From Actinomycetota bacterium (GTDB lineage Bacteria; Actinomycetota; AC-67), in contig JBKHYG010000100.1 of NCBI GenBank assembly GCA_046565595.1, positions 20,838 through 84,837 on the forward strand: a stretch of DNA of 64,000 nt. The letters run 5' to 3'. Shown piece by piece: positions 44,670-56,679 of this stretch. The translations under genes were made by a program, and so were the position numbers. The notes beneath the pieces were generated by a model. That model worked only from the letters and a program-made list of their open reading frames with translations. It did no database searches and was not told where the DNA came from. The stretch's first letter is position 1, and every line of letters begins with the position of its first letter.

Positions 44670-47252
44670 CTAGACCAGCACCAGTCCGCCCTCGTCGGTC
44701 TCGACGCGCACCGTCTGACCGTCGAAGATGGTCCCCTCGAGCATCGCCTTGGCCAAACGATCCATCAGTTCCTTCTGGATGAGTCGCTTGAGTGGCCGAG
44801 CTCCGAAGGCCGGATCGAACCCGTGCGCGGCCAGCCAGTCTCGAGCGTCGTCGCTGAGCTCGAGGGATATCTGACGCTCCTCTAGGCGACTGCGGAGAGC
44901 AGCGAGCTGGATGTCCACGATCTGTGCGAGATGTTCACGGTCGAGTCGGTGGAAGACGACCACCTCGTCGATGCGGTTCAGCAATTCGGGCCGGAACCAT
45001 GCGCGTACCTCGGCCATGACGCGTTCGGTCGCCTCTTGTGCGCCGAGGGTCACATCTAGCAGCGCTTGTGAGCCGAGGTTGCTCGTCATGATCAAGATCG
45101 CGTTGCGGAAGTCGACCGTACGCCCCTGCCCATCGGTCAGACGGCCGTCGTCGAGGACCTGCAGCAGGATGTTGAAGACCTCAGGATGGGCCTTCTCTAT
45201 CTCGTCCAGCAGGATCACCGCATACGGGCGACGACGGACGACCTCGGTCAGCTGGCCGCCCTCCTCGTAGCCGACATAGCCGGGCGGCGCCCCGATCAGC
45301 CGTGCGACCGCGTGGCGCTCGGAATACTCGCTCATGTCGATGCGGACCAACGCACGCTCATCGTCGAAGAGGCGAGCAGCCAATGCGCGTGCAAGCTCGG
45401 TCTTACCTACCCCCGTCGGACCGAGGAACAGGAACGAGCCAACGGGCCGGTTCGGATCTGAGAGTCCAGCGCGCGAACGCCTTACCGCATCGGCGACCGC
45501 CGATACTGCCTCGTCCTGCCCAACCACGCGAGCGTGAAGATCGGCTTCTAGATGCAGCAGCTTCTGCATCTCGCCCTCGAGGAGGCGACAGACCGGGATG
45601 CCGGTCCATGCTCCGACGACCTGCGCTATGTCGTCCTCCCGAACCTCTTCACGCAACAGACGCCGTTCCCCTTGCCGGGCTTCGAGCGCCTCGGTCGCTT
45701 CGGCTAGTTGCTTCTCGAGTTCGCTGATCGTGCCGTACCGAAGTTCGGCCGCGCGCTCAAGGTCGGCTTCGCGTTCGGCGCGCTCGAGTTCGGTCCTCGC
45801 ATCCTCCAGTCGCGTCTTCAACGCGCGGAGCGAATCCACCGCCTCCTTCTCGGAGAGCCAGTGCGCGCGCAGCCCCGAGGCCTCCTCGCTCAGTTCGGCG
45901 AGTTCCTCTTCGATCTTGCCCAACCGCTCCTTCGATGCAGCGTCATCCTCCTTGCGAAGCGCAGCACGCTCGATCTCGAGGCGGCGCACCTCGCGCTCTA
46001 TACGGTCGAGTTCCGTCGGCATCGAGTCCATCTCGATGCGGAGGCGCGATGCTGCCTCGTCGACCAGATCGATGGCCTTGTCCGGCAGGAAACGCGAGGT
46101 GATGTAGCGATCTGAGAGCATCGCTGCAGCGACCAGAGCAGAGTCGGTGATCCGCACCCCGTGATGAACCTCGTAGCGTTCCTTCAGGCCACGCAGGATC
46201 GCGATCGTGTCAGCGACCGTGGGTTCGCCGACGAACACCTGCTGGAAGCGTCGTTCGAGAGCGGCGTCCTTCTCGATGCTCGTGCGGTACTCATCCAGCG
46301 TGGTCGCACCGACCAGGCGCAGTTCACCGCGTGCGAGCATCGGTTTGATCATGTTGCCCGCATCCATCGCGCCCTCGGCTGCACCCGCGCCTACGATCGT
46401 ATGAAGCTCGTCGATGAAGGTGATGATCTGGCCCTGCGATGCGGTGATGTCTTTGAGTACCGCCTTCAAGCGTTCCTCGAACTCGCCTCGATACTTCGCG
46501 CCGGCGACGAGTGCGCCAAGATCGAGGGCCACGATCCGTTTGTCCTTCAAGCCGTCGGGAACATCGCCCGCGACGATGCGTTGGGCGAGACCCTCGACGA
46601 TCGCGGTCTTGCCTACGCCAGGTTCTCCGATCAGGACCGGATTGTTCTTGGTGCGTCTGGACAGGACCTGGATGACGCGGCGCACCTCTTCCTCTCGTCC
46701 GATGACCGGGTCGAGCTTGCCGGTGCGCGCGAGTTTGGTCAGATCCCGGCCGAACTTCTCGAGAGCCTGATAACCCTCCTCTGGCGTCTGACTCGTTACC
46801 CGCTGCGATCCCCGAACCTCGGCGAGGGCTTTCAACACCTGGTCTCGCTCTACGCCAGCGTCGCGAAGCAGCGTCGCCACATCGCCTGGCTGCTCGAGCA
46901 TCGCCAGCAGCAGATGCTCGGTGGACAGGTACTCGTCGGTGAGTTGCCTCATCTCCTCCTCTGCGCGGTCCAGCACCCCCGCCAGGGCGGGCGAGACCGT
47001 GGCTGGCTGAGACGGCTGGGCACCGACATATGCCCGCGGGATCCGATCCAGCAATTCCTCGACGCGGTTGCGCAGTTGGTTGGCGTTCGTGCCGAGGCGG
47101 CCGAGGACGGGAACGACGACGCCTTCGGGATCTCCGAGAAGGGTGTGAAGCAGGTGTTCGGGCAGGATCTGTTGGTGCGCGCGGCTGGTCGCCAGACGCT
47201 GGGCGCCTGCGATCGCGTGCTGCGACCTCTGGGTCAGACGGTCCATATCCAT
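44670..47252 (-). CDS. clpB: ATP-dependent chaperone ClpB (AAA+ disaggregase)
   Basis: 860 aa; Clp N domain, two AAA+ modules ([16 protein letters not shown]), long middle coiled-coil. Confidence 0.95.
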   Translation of the reverse strand: MDMDRLTQRSQHAIAGAQRLATSRAHQQILPEHLLHTLLGDPEGVVVPVLGRLGTNANQLRNRVEELLDRIPRAYVGAQPSQPATVSPALAGVLDRAEEEMRQLTDEYLSTEHLLLAMLEQPGDVATLLRDAGVERDQVLKALAEVRGSQRVTSQTPEEGYQALEKFGRDLTKLARTGKLDPVIGREEEVRRVIQVLSRRTKNNPVLIGEPGVGKTAIVEGLAQRIVAGDVPDGLKDKRIVALDLGALVAGAKYRGEFEERLKAVLKDITASQGQIITFIDELHTIVGAGAAEGAMDAGNMIKPMLARGELRLVGATTLDEYRTSIEKDAALERRFQQVFVGEPTVADTIAILRGLKERYEVHHGVRITDSALVAAAMLSDRYITSRFLPDKAIDLVDEAASRLRIEMDSMPTELDRIEREVRRLEIERAALRKEDDAASKERLGKIEEELAELSEEASGLRAHWLSEKEAVDSLRALKTRLEDARTELERAEREADLERAAELRYGTISELEKQLAEATEALEARQGERRLLREEVREDDIAQVVGAWTGIPVCRLLEGEMQKLLHLEADLHARVVGQDEAVSAVADAVRRSRAGLSDPNRPVGSFLFLGPTGVGKTELARALAARLFDDERALVRIDMSEYSERHAVARLIGAPPGYVGYEEGGQLTEVVRRRPYAVILLDEIEKAHPEVFNILLQVLDDGRLTDGQGRTVDFRNAILIMTSNLGSQALLDVTLGAQEATERVMAEVRAWFRPELLNRIDEVVVFHRLDREHLAQIVDIQLAALRSRLEERQISLELSDDARDWLAAHGFDPAFGARPLKRLIQKELMDRLAKAMLEGTIFDGQTVRVETDEGGLVLV

Positions 47253-47270
47253 GGCTCGAAGTTTACCACG

Positions 47271-47295
47271 AAGTTGAGCGTCCTACACTCAACTT
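47271..47295. promoter_or_regulatory. HAIR-like HspR operator upstream of clpB
   Basis: AAGTTGAGCGTCCTACACTCAACTT: GTTGAGC-N7-ACTCAAC versus HAIR consensus CTTGAGT-N7-ACTCAAG; lies about 20-40 bp upstream of clpB start. Confidence 0.6.
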
Positions 47296-47318
47296 TTGGG
47301 CATGCGTAGGCTGCGGGG

Positions 47319-48191
47319 ATGGACCTCAGCAAGCCGAGATCCCCTCTGTCGCAGGGCGGCTATGAGAGTTATTACCTCAAAGCGCATGCGCCCGAACGCG
47401 ACCGTGCGGTCTGGCTTCGAGCGACGAACCTGCAAGCACCCAAGGGGTCAGCGCGAGGCCAGTTGTGGACCACGCTCTTCTCGCCCGAGGGTGTCCGGCA
47501 GGACCGCCGCGACGGGATGCTGCAGATCTTCGAGAACGGACTCGGGACCGAGGATGGGTTCCTGCGCACGGTCGGAGCACGGGCGAGCGCTGACGGCCTG
47601 GAGTGGGAGGTCACCTGGGAGCCGCTGGCTGAGGAACTCCCCTACCTGCCGCCGATCGCGTATCGAGGGGCGCTGCCCAAGACCAAGCCCGTTTCGCTGG
47701 CTCCGCGTGCACGGTTCTCTGGGTCTGTGACTCTGGCTGGCGAGACGCTCGATATGGACGGCTGGGAGGGCATGGTCGGACACAACTGGGGATCCTCCCA
47801 TGCGGAACGCTGGATCTGGATGCACGGCCTGTTCGGTGACGGGGAGTGGATCGATCTGGTGGCGGCGCGCGTGCGGATCGCCGGTGTGCTCTTGCCGTGG
47901 GCGGTCACCGGCGGCGCCTACCTAGGAGGTCGGTCGCACCGTTTCCGGCAACTTTCCAACAAGCATGTGACCGTCGCCGGAGATCGGATCGCGATCGATG
48001 TCCCTTCGAGGTCGCTGCGGATCGACGGGATGCTGATCGGCGGCCGCACCGCGACTTGGGACTACGAACACCCCAGCGGCGGACACAGCCTGGTTCGCAA
48101 CTGTTCGCTCTCTCGGTTGGAGGTGCTGGCAGGCAACCAGCGTCACCTCACCACCGCCGCGGCACTCGAGTTAGGCGCTCCTGGCGACTGA
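47319..48191 (+). CDS. Hypothetical protein
   Basis: 290-aa ORF with good GC3; no motif recognized; divergent from clpB. Confidence 0.5.
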   Translation: MDLSKPRSPLSQGGYESYYLKAHAPERDRAVWLRATNLQAPKGSARGQLWTTLFSPEGVRQDRRDGMLQIFENGLGTEDGFLRTVGARASADGLEWEVTWEPLAEELPYLPPIAYRGALPKTKPVSLAPRARFSGSVTLAGETLDMDGWEGMVGHNWGSSHAERWIWMHGLFGDGEWIDLVAARVRIAGVLLPWAVTGGAYLGGRSHRFRQLSNKHVTVAGDRIAIDVPSRSLRIDGMLIGGRTATWDYEHPSGGHSLVRNCSLSRLEVLAGNQRHLTTAAALELGAPGD

Positions 48192-48218
48192 TAGCCGCAC
48201 CTCCGCCAGCGGACCCTT

Positions 48219-48587
48219 TCAGAGGCCCTTGGCGCTCAGCCTGGCCTTCAGGGCTCCGATCTCTTCCTGAGCGGCCTGCAGCTGGCGCGTGAGATCCAGG
48301 ATCACCTCGACCCCGGCCAGGTTGACCCCGACCTCTTGGGTGAGTTCCTGGATCAGTTTCACATGTTCGATGTCGCGTTCCGAGTACCGGCGGGCGCCTC
48401 CGGCGGTACGGTCGGGTTGCAGCAATCCTTTGCGTTCGTACATGCGTAAGGTCTGCGCGTGCACACCCGCCAGCTCAGCGGCAACGCTGATCACGAAGAC
48501 ACCTCGGTTCGAATCAGAGAAGGTCGGCGCGCTCTTCGGAGTCAGCCGCGGATCCCAGCTCTTGTTGACATCGAAACCTTCAGCCAT
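48219..48587 (-). CDS. hspR: Heat-shock repressor HspR (MerR family)
   Basis: MerR HTH ISVAAELAGVHAQTLRMYERKGLL; last gene of dnaK operon. Confidence 0.85.
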   Translation of the reverse strand: MAEGFDVNKSWDPRLTPKSAPTFSDSNRGVFVISVAAELAGVHAQTLRMYERKGLLQPDRTAGGARRYSERDIEHVKLIQELTQEVGVNLAGVEVILDLTRQLQAAQEEIGALKARLSAKGL

Positions 48588-48589
48588 GA

Positions 48590-49273
48590 CTACTTCCCTT
48601 TCGCTGACTGGCGCTTGGCCTTGGCTCGGTCACGCAAGCCTTCGATCAAGACGCGATCCTCTTCATCGAGTTCGGTCGGCACCGTCACATCTATCTTCAC
48701 GATCACATCTCGGCCTCCGGTTCCCTTGCCACGCAACCGCATCTCGGCGCCGGGCTGGGTTCCAGGTGGAACCTTCATCGTGACCTGGCCGCTGGGGGTC
48801 GGTACGCGGATCTGCCCGCCGAGAGCTGCCAGGTGGAAGGGAACGCGAACCGTCTGCCGCTCCTCACGGGACGGCTCAGGACGACCGTTGCCGTGCTCGA
48901 CATGTACACGAGAACGCCCAGAGCGCCGTCCTCCGAACATGCCGCCGAAGATGTCACCGATGTCGAACGGAAGATCTTCGAAGCGAACGCCACCGGACTG
49001 GAACCCCGCCCCTGGCGTGCCGCCTACATACCCTTGACGCGCGAGACGACGGACCTCGTCGTACTCTCGGCGCGACTCTTGGTTGCGAAGGACCTCGTAA
49101 GCCTCGCTCACATCCTTGAAACGGTCCTCGGCTCCGGCAGCTTGGTTGCGGTCCGGATGAAGATCCCGCGCGAGCTTCTTGTAGGCACGCTTGATCTCCT
49201 CGGTGCTCGCATCCTTGGAGACGCCGAGGATCGCGTAGAAGTCCTTCTCGAACCAGTCGCGCGATGCTGGCAT
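48590..49273 (-). CDS. dnaJ: DnaJ-like J-domain co-chaperone lacking the zinc-finger domain
   Basis: J domain with HPD (DLHPDRN), G/F-rich region, short C-terminal domain; no CxxCxGxG repeats; only 227 aa. Confidence 0.8.
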   Translation of the reverse strand: MPASRDWFEKDFYAILGVSKDASTEEIKRAYKKLARDLHPDRNQAAGAEDRFKDVSEAYEVLRNQESRREYDEVRRLARQGYVGGTPGAGFQSGGVRFEDLPFDIGDIFGGMFGGRRSGRSRVHVEHGNGRPEPSREERQTVRVPFHLAALGGQIRVPTPSGQVTMKVPPGTQPGAEMRLRGKGTGGRDVIVKIDVTVPTELDEEDRVLIEGLRDRAKAKRQSAKGK

Positions 49274-49281
49274 CGTGCCTC

Positions 49282-49820
49282 CTAGCCTCCTGCCTTACCT
49301 ACCTTGACCATGCTTGGCCGCAACACCGAACCCCCATACCGGTAACCCGGACGGAACTCCTCGGTCACGACCTGATCACCGTCGGAATCGTCACCCTGCA
49401 TCACGGCCTCGTGCTGCGACGGATCGAAGGGCTTGCCCTTGGCCTGGATGCGTTCGAGTCCTACGCGCTCCAACGCTTCCCGGAGCTTCGCGTACACGAG
49501 CTCGACGCCCTTGACCATCTTCTCGTAATCCTTCGTCTGCTCGGCTGCCAACAGGGCCAGATCGAAATCGTCGAGCACGGGCAGCAACTGTTCGACCAAA
49601 GACGCGTTGGCACGCGCCGCCAGCGACGCTTGATCGCGTGACACACGCTTGCGGTAGTTGTCGAACTCGGCTTGCAGGCGCTTCAGATCATCGAGGTAGT
49701 CGGGCCCGTCGCCGGCCCCTTCTGGTGGAGTGTCGGCGACGATCTCGGCCTCTATGGCCTCGACCGCTTCCAGCGGGATCCCTTCGACCTGCTCGGTCTC
49801 GGGTGTCTTGCGTTCCTGGG

Positions 49821-49824
<4 letters not shown>
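49282..49824 (-). CDS. grpE: Nucleotide exchange factor GrpE
   Basis: 180 aa; GrpE C-terminal signature [20 protein letters not shown]. Confidence 0.85.
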
Positions 49825-51671
<1,847 letters not shown>

Positions 51672-51772
51672 CTGTTCGTCTCCTTGGTGGTCTGTTCGCC
51701 TCTGTGGTCTGTCCATGCGCGAGGCCGCCTGCTCGGCGGCCCCCCGGTGCTGGCCCCATCGTAAAACTTGAG

Positions 51773-51801
51773 CGTGGTGCTGTCAAGTTTTCTACCCGGG
51801 C
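51773..51801. promoter_or_regulatory. HAIR-like HspR operator upstream of dnaK
   Basis: AAAACTTGAGCGTGGTGCTGTCAAGTTTT: 9-bp perfect inverted repeat; CTTGAGC-N7-TGTCAAG resembles HAIR consensus; about 100 bp upstream of dnaK start. Confidence 0.6.
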
Positions 51802-51904
51802 TTACTACGGCCGATACCCGGCGGAGGCAGGCGCGACACTCCGAGAAATGTCTGCTTCGTGAGGGCTTGTCGGGCTAGCCTCGCGCTGGCCCAGGGAGGG
51901 AACC

Positions 51905-52924
51905 ATGGAACGGATCGAATGGCGGCACGCATCAGACGAGATCATCGACGAGATGACCGCGTTCTCGAACCGTTGGCGCGAAGAGTCCCGTCCAGGCGAT
52001 CCCCCCCTGACCGCCGAGTACATGCGGCAGGCGGCTCGTACCATGCCGAGCAACGCGCACTCGATCTTCCACATCGTCCGCGATCCGGCCCGACAGATCA
52101 TCGCGACCGCAGAGTTCGAGTTCGAGGTCGCCGAGGAGAACCAGCATCTGGGAGACGGAGGGGTCACGGTCCTGAAGGAGCACCGCGGCCACGGAATCGG
52201 CAAGCAACTCTTGGCCAAGTTGCTCGAGGAAGCTGATCTGGCGAAGCGTTCACGCATCATCGGATGGACGACCGAACTCGTGCCAGCTGGACAAGCTTTC
52301 GCGGAGCGCGTGGGCGCCGAGCCAGGCCTCCGGGAACACACGAACCGGCTGATGCTCTCTGAGGTCGATCGCGATCTCATCGCTGGCTGGATCGACGAGG
52401 GCCCCTCCCGCGCCCCGGGTTACTCGCTGGTCTGGAACGAAGGCCCCTATGGCGATCTGGCCGAGAGGATGGTCCCGCTCATCGAACTGATGAACACCGC
52501 GCCGCGAGAAGACCTCGACATCGAGGACTTCAAGGTGACGATGCCGGAGATGCAAGAGCGCGAAGCTCAGATGGTCGCGGTGAAGACCGAGCGCTGGTCG
52601 GTGATCGTGCGCCACGATGCCAAGGATGAGTTCGTGGGTTTCAGCGAGATCGGTTACAGCCAGATCCAGCCGCAGACCGCGTATCAGTGGGGTACCGCGG
52701 TGGACCCCAAGCACCGGGGGCACGCGCTCGGGAAGTGGATGAAGGCAGCGATGATCGACAAGATCCTGAAGCAGCGTCCAGACACGATCGACATCCGCAC
52801 GGGCAACGCGGACTCCAACGACGCGATGCTCGGTATCAACACTCAACTCGGCTTCAAGCCTTGGAGGGCGAACATCATCTGGCAGACCACGGCCGATCAG
52901 ATCCGCAACTACCTAGGGACCTGA
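51905..52924 (+). CDS. GNAT-family N-acetyltransferase with two tandem GNAT-like domains
   Basis: 339 aa; acetyl-CoA motif HRGHGIGKQLLAKLLEEA in first half, HRGHALGKWMKAAMIDKI in second half. Confidence 0.7.
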   Translation: MERIEWRHASDEIIDEMTAFSNRWREESRPGDPPLTAEYMRQAARTMPSNAHSIFHIVRDPARQIIATAEFEFEVAEENQHLGDGGVTVLKEHRGHGIGKQLLAKLLEEADLAKRSRIIGWTTELVPAGQAFAERVGAEPGLREHTNRLMLSEVDRDLIAGWIDEGPSRAPGYSLVWNEGPYGDLAERMVPLIELMNTAPREDLDIEDFKVTMPEMQEREAQMVAVKTERWSVIVRHDAKDEFVGFSEIGYSQIQPQTAYQWGTAVDPKHRGHALGKWMKAAMIDKILKQRPDTIDIRTGNADSNDAMLGINTQLGFKPWRANIIWQTTADQIRNYLGT

Positions 52925-52958
52925 GCCGGTCGCCGCGTGCGCGTAACCTCTCGCGCCG

Positions 52959-53996
52959 ATGCCCACCGTCGAGCGGATCGATTGGGAGGACGCGCCTGAC
53001 GCCTTGATCGTCGAGGCGACGGCCTTCCACAATCTGATGCGCGCCGAATCGCATCCTGGGGACCCGCCGTTGCTCGCCAGCCAACAGATCGCCGCTACGC
53101 GCGCCGTCCCCGAGTTCACGACCCTGGTCGGGTTCGCGATCCGCGACGGCGATCAGATCGTGGCCTTGGCCCGCTTCTGGTTCGAGGACGCAGAAGACAA
53201 TCAGCATCTGGCAGAAGCACAGATCTGGGTGTTGCCATCACATCGGAGACGCGGATACGGCACCGCCCTGCTTCGCGCCGTGGTCGCCGAGTCGGAGAGG
53301 GTCGGCCGCACCACCCTCATGGGCGACGCCAACGATCATGTGGCCTCCGGCGAGGCGTTCGCTGAGGCTATCGGCGCGACCCGCGGACTGGATGAGATCA
53401 CGAACCGGCTGCTGTTGCGCTACCTCGACCGCGACCTGATCGCATCATGGCTGGCAGCCGGTCCGACGCGCGCACCCGGATACTCCCTGGTGCAGCATGA
53501 CGGCCCGTACGGGGATCTTGCTCGCAAGGTCGTCCCGCTACATCGGCTGATGAACGAGGCTCCGCGAGATGATCTCGACATGGAAGATGTGACGGTCACC
53601 CTCGAACACATCCAGGCGTGGGAGGTGTCGTTCTTCGCTCGCGGCAGCCAAAGATGGTCCTACTTCGCTCGACACGACGAGACGGATCGTTTCGTCGGCT
53701 TCACCGAGTTGAGCTGGAACCATGCGACTCCGACGACGATGTGGCAGCAGTGGACGGCGGTTCACCCCGACCATCAGGGTCACGCGTTGGGCAAATGGCT
53801 GAAGGCTGCGATGCTCGATCGCGTCCTGCGCGAAAGGCCTGATGTGATCGATATCCGAACCGCGAATGCGGATTCGAACGAACCGATGCTCGCGATCAAC
53901 CAGCAGCTGGGTTTCCGCGAGTATCGAAGCCACACGACCTGGCAGGTGACCCTCGAGGATGCGCGCGCTTACCTGGCTTCACGCTCGAGCGTCTGA
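52959..53996 (+). CDS. GNAT-family N-acetyltransferase, paralog of the preceding gene
   Basis: 345 aa with the same two-domain layout (HRRRGYGTALLRAVVAES; HQGHALGKWLKAAMLDRV); collinear similarity to 51905..52924 along the full length. Confidence 0.7.
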   Translation: MPTVERIDWEDAPDALIVEATAFHNLMRAESHPGDPPLLASQQIAATRAVPEFTTLVGFAIRDGDQIVALARFWFEDAEDNQHLAEAQIWVLPSHRRRGYGTALLRAVVAESERVGRTTLMGDANDHVASGEAFAEAIGATRGLDEITNRLLLRYLDRDLIASWLAAGPTRAPGYSLVQHDGPYGDLARKVVPLHRLMNEAPRDDLDMEDVTVTLEHIQAWEVSFFARGSQRWSYFARHDETDRFVGFTELSWNHATPTTMWQQWTAVHPDHQGHALGKWLKAAMLDRVLRERPDVIDIRTANADSNEPMLAINQQLGFREYRSHTTWQVTLEDARAYLASRSSV

Positions 53997-56209
53997 ACCT
54001 CTGCGCCCGAAGCCTTCAGCGCATCCATGTCAGAGAACATCGGTACGAGTTCGCACTCCACCCAGGCTTGCTGTTGGTCGTGGTGATGCTTGGAACGGGC
54101 GTCGCCGCTGACGCCGAGCGGAACCACCCACCCACCAGCTTCGCGATCGGCGAGATCGAACACATATCGCGCTACCGATGCGTGGTACACGCCCAAGCCG
54201 GGTTCTGCCGCCGAGACACACACGGTGTCTTGGTAGCCGTCCACCGCGACGGCTGGCGGGTCTAGTTCCGCGTCCGGGAACCTCGCAGACAGCGGATGGC
54301 GGATGGTCGCCACATGCTCTGCGTCGTATCGCCAGCTGGTCGGGTCGTCTCCGTGGAGCTCGCGCAGGGATGCGACCGCAGCCGTGAAGGCTGCGCGGAA
54401 CAGCCGGTTCGGTGTCGAATCACCGAATATCCCGGAGGAGAGTTGGTCGCGCAAGGGTTGGGTGATCAGACGCTGGAGTGCGCTTCCCAGACGCATCTCG
54501 GGCGTAGCGGCCAACGGCTCTTCGGGGAACGGACTCTCACGCAGACTGGCCAATCCCTCGCCCTGCATCAGGCGGTCGAGCACCTGGTTGCGGAACGCGT
54601 CGGCGACCAGAGCAGCTGCGGAGCCTCGACGCATCTCTCCGTCGAAGGTCTGGATCATGTCCCAGACCCGATGTTCGAACTCGTCCTCTGGTGGGTCGAG
54701 CCTGCGGAGCCTCTCGATCAGCGCGCGCATCGACAACGACACCGCGTCTGCGTGGATCTCGGCCATGTCTTGCGCATCGATACCGTCATCCAGAGCCTCG
54801 AGCAGCCCGATGATCCTGCGCGCCCGGTTCGGAGCTGCGTAATCCATCCCCAGGTGGTAGGGATACTCGGTCCCGACGACACGGTTGTTGGCGGTGACGA
54901 TCCAACCTTCTGGCGGATCGACGATCCGTGGAAGTTCGCTGAAGGGAACATCGTCACTCCAGGCATGGAGATCCTCCCACGCGGGGACGGGCAACCAGCC
55001 GTTGGCTCGCGGTCGGATCGGGATCCGTCCGCGATGCAGGAAGCGCAGCTGTCCCTTGCGATCTGCGATCAGCATCGCGTTGCAAGGGCTTACCCATTCG
55101 CTCATCGCCTGGTCCATCATCTCGGCGCTATCTGCTTCCAGCATCCGACCCAGGCAAGCGAGACCGCGTCGAGGCTCATCGCTTCCGGTCCAACGCATCG
55201 CGTGCGCGTCTCCGCCGCGAGCTTCACCGAACACGATGGGTCCGCGGGGCGTGCGAACGATCTCGACCTCAACGGGATCAGACTCGTGGACCTGGATGGT
55301 TTCGGTCCAGCGTTCAGGCTGCTGCCACGCGTGACCATCCCAGTACCGCCCGTCAGCATCGAACCGTTCTATGTAGAGATCCTGGTCGTCAGCCATGGCG
55401 TGGGTGATGCACCAGGCGACCTCGCCGTTGTGACCGAAGTGGGGGAAACCAGGAACCCCAGGAACGCCGAAGCCGATGACATCGAACGAATCGCAGGCCA
55501 GTTGCATCTGGTGGTAGACGCTCGGAGACTCGAGCAGCCGATGCGGGTCTCCGGCCAGGATCGGCGATCCGGTGGCGGTCCACTCGCCGGTGACGCCCCA
55601 GGAGTTGCTGCCATCGCTCGGCATGTCGTCGTCGATCCAACGCTCGGCCCACTCGACCTCTGGTAGTTCGGCATGCCAGCGTTCGGTAGCGCCGGGTGGG
55701 ACTATCAGCACCTCGTCTCGGCCGTCTGCCGTCGCGAGCCGTGTCATCGCTTCGACTCCAACCGCTTTCAGCAGGCGAGCACGCCACAGTTTCATGGCCT
55801 TGGAGCCCATGAACACATGGCGGATCTTCCAGCTGGCCAGGCAGTCGACCGCGGTCCATGGCTGCGGTTCGAGTCCAAGCAACTCGAACTCGATCGAGTC
55901 TGCGGTCCGCAGTCCCGCTGTCACACCGGCGGCGTAGGAGTCGAAGATCGCACGCTCGTCAGGTTCCAGAAGAGCCAGATCCGCTTCGGCTGCTGCTCTG
56001 ATGCCGACCCGTCTTGCGAACATGTCCTGCTTGATGAAGCGCGGGCCGATCAGTTCGGACGCTCGGCCGTCCACCTTGTACCGGTCGAAGACCATCTGCC
56101 ATGCCCGATCGGTGGCATGCACGAAACCTTGTGCATAGAACGCATCGAGCCTGTCGTCAGCACGCGCATGCGCGATGCCGTAAGCGTCGCGGATGATCTC
56201 GATGCTCAA
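53969..56209 (-). CDS. Penicillin amidase / acyl-homoserine-lactone acylase family Ntn hydrolase (peptidase S45)
   Basis: IIRDAYGIAHARADD, AQGFVHATDRAWQM near N-terminus and family motifs through C-terminus; start proposed at TTG 56209 (TTGA overlap with DUF192 stop); longer track ORF to 56320 would overlap DUF192 by 115 nt; no signal peptide evident. Confidence 0.7.
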   Translation of the reverse strand: MSIEIIRDAYGIAHARADDRLDAFYAQGFVHATDRAWQMVFDRYKVDGRASELIGPRFIKQDMFARRVGIRAAAEADLALLEPDERAIFDSYAAGVTAGLRTADSIEFELLGLEPQPWTAVDCLASWKIRHVFMGSKAMKLWRARLLKAVGVEAMTRLATADGRDEVLIVPPGATERWHAELPEVEWAERWIDDDMPSDGSNSWGVTGEWTATGSPILAGDPHRLLESPSVYHQMQLACDSFDVIGFGVPGVPGFPHFGHNGEVAWCITHAMADDQDLYIERFDADGRYWDGHAWQQPERWTETIQVHESDPVEVEIVRTPRGPIVFGEARGGDAHAMRWTGSDEPRRGLACLGRMLEADSAEMMDQAMSEWVSPCNAMLIADRKGQLRFLHRGRIPIRPRANGWLPVPAWEDLHAWSDDVPFSELPRIVDPPEGWIVTANNRVVGTEYPYHLGMDYAAPNRARRIIGLLEALDDGIDAQDMAEIHADAVSLSMRALIERLRRLDPPEDEFEHRVWDMIQTFDGEMRRGSAAALVADAFRNQVLDRLMQGEGLASLRESPFPEEPLAATPEMRLGSALQRLITQPLRDQLSSGIFGDSTPNRLFRAAFTAAVASLRELHGDDPTSWRYDAEHVATIRHPLSARFPDAELDPPAVAVDGYQDTVCVSAAEPGLGVYHASVARYVFDLADREAGGWVVPLGVSGDARSKHHHDQQQAWVECELVPMFSDMDALKASGAEVQTLEREAR

Positions 56210-56640
56210 CCCAGCACCTCGCTGCTGACCGGATCGCCGACCTCGATCCCGTGCCTCTCTGCCCATCCGGCATTGACCTCCAATGCAGCGTCGGCGGGCT
56301 CGGTCGGGTAGCGAGGACACGGGTCAGCTTCGCAAGGCTCCATCGTCACGATGGATACGACCTCTCGGCCGCGGATCGCGATCAGGTCTAGAGGGATGAG
56401 GGTGTCTTTCATCCAGAAACGGCGAGGCTGGATGTCGTTCCAGACGAACAGCATCCCAGAACTGTCTTGCAGCTCGGTCCTGCCCATCAGACCCCGGGCT
56501 TGTTCCTCGGGGTCGTCGGCGATATCGACCCTGACGGTGATGTCTCCTTGGTCGCCGGTGAGCGTGATCGTCTCGCCCTCGGTCTTGCCTGACCAGCAGG
56601 CCACCAGGAGGACGAGCAGCAGGACCAGACCTCTGCGCAT
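56206..56640 (-). CDS. DUF192 (COG1430) family secreted protein
   Basis: Start at ATG 56640: MRRGLVLLLVLLVACWSGKTEG signal/lipobox-like; conserved DUF192 core ARGLMGRTELQDSSGMLFVW...WMKDTLIPLDLIAI. Confidence 0.6.
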   Translation of the reverse strand: MRRGLVLLLVLLVACWSGKTEGETITLTGDQGDITVRVDIADDPEEQARGLMGRTELQDSSGMLFVWNDIQPRRFWMKDTLIPLDLIAIRGREVVSIVTMEPCEADPCPRYPTEPADAALEVNAGWAERHGIEVGDPVSSEVLG

Positions 56641-56679
56641 ACCCGCAGGGTAGACCACTCGGGCGCTAGCCTCGCGCCC

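Noticed and set aside
53969-56320. ATG-initiated 783-aa acylase ORF
   Set aside because: Would overlap the DUF192 gene by 115 nt; first conserved acylase residues begin at the TTG (56209), which overlaps the DUF192 stop as TTGA. Kept as alternative in evidence.
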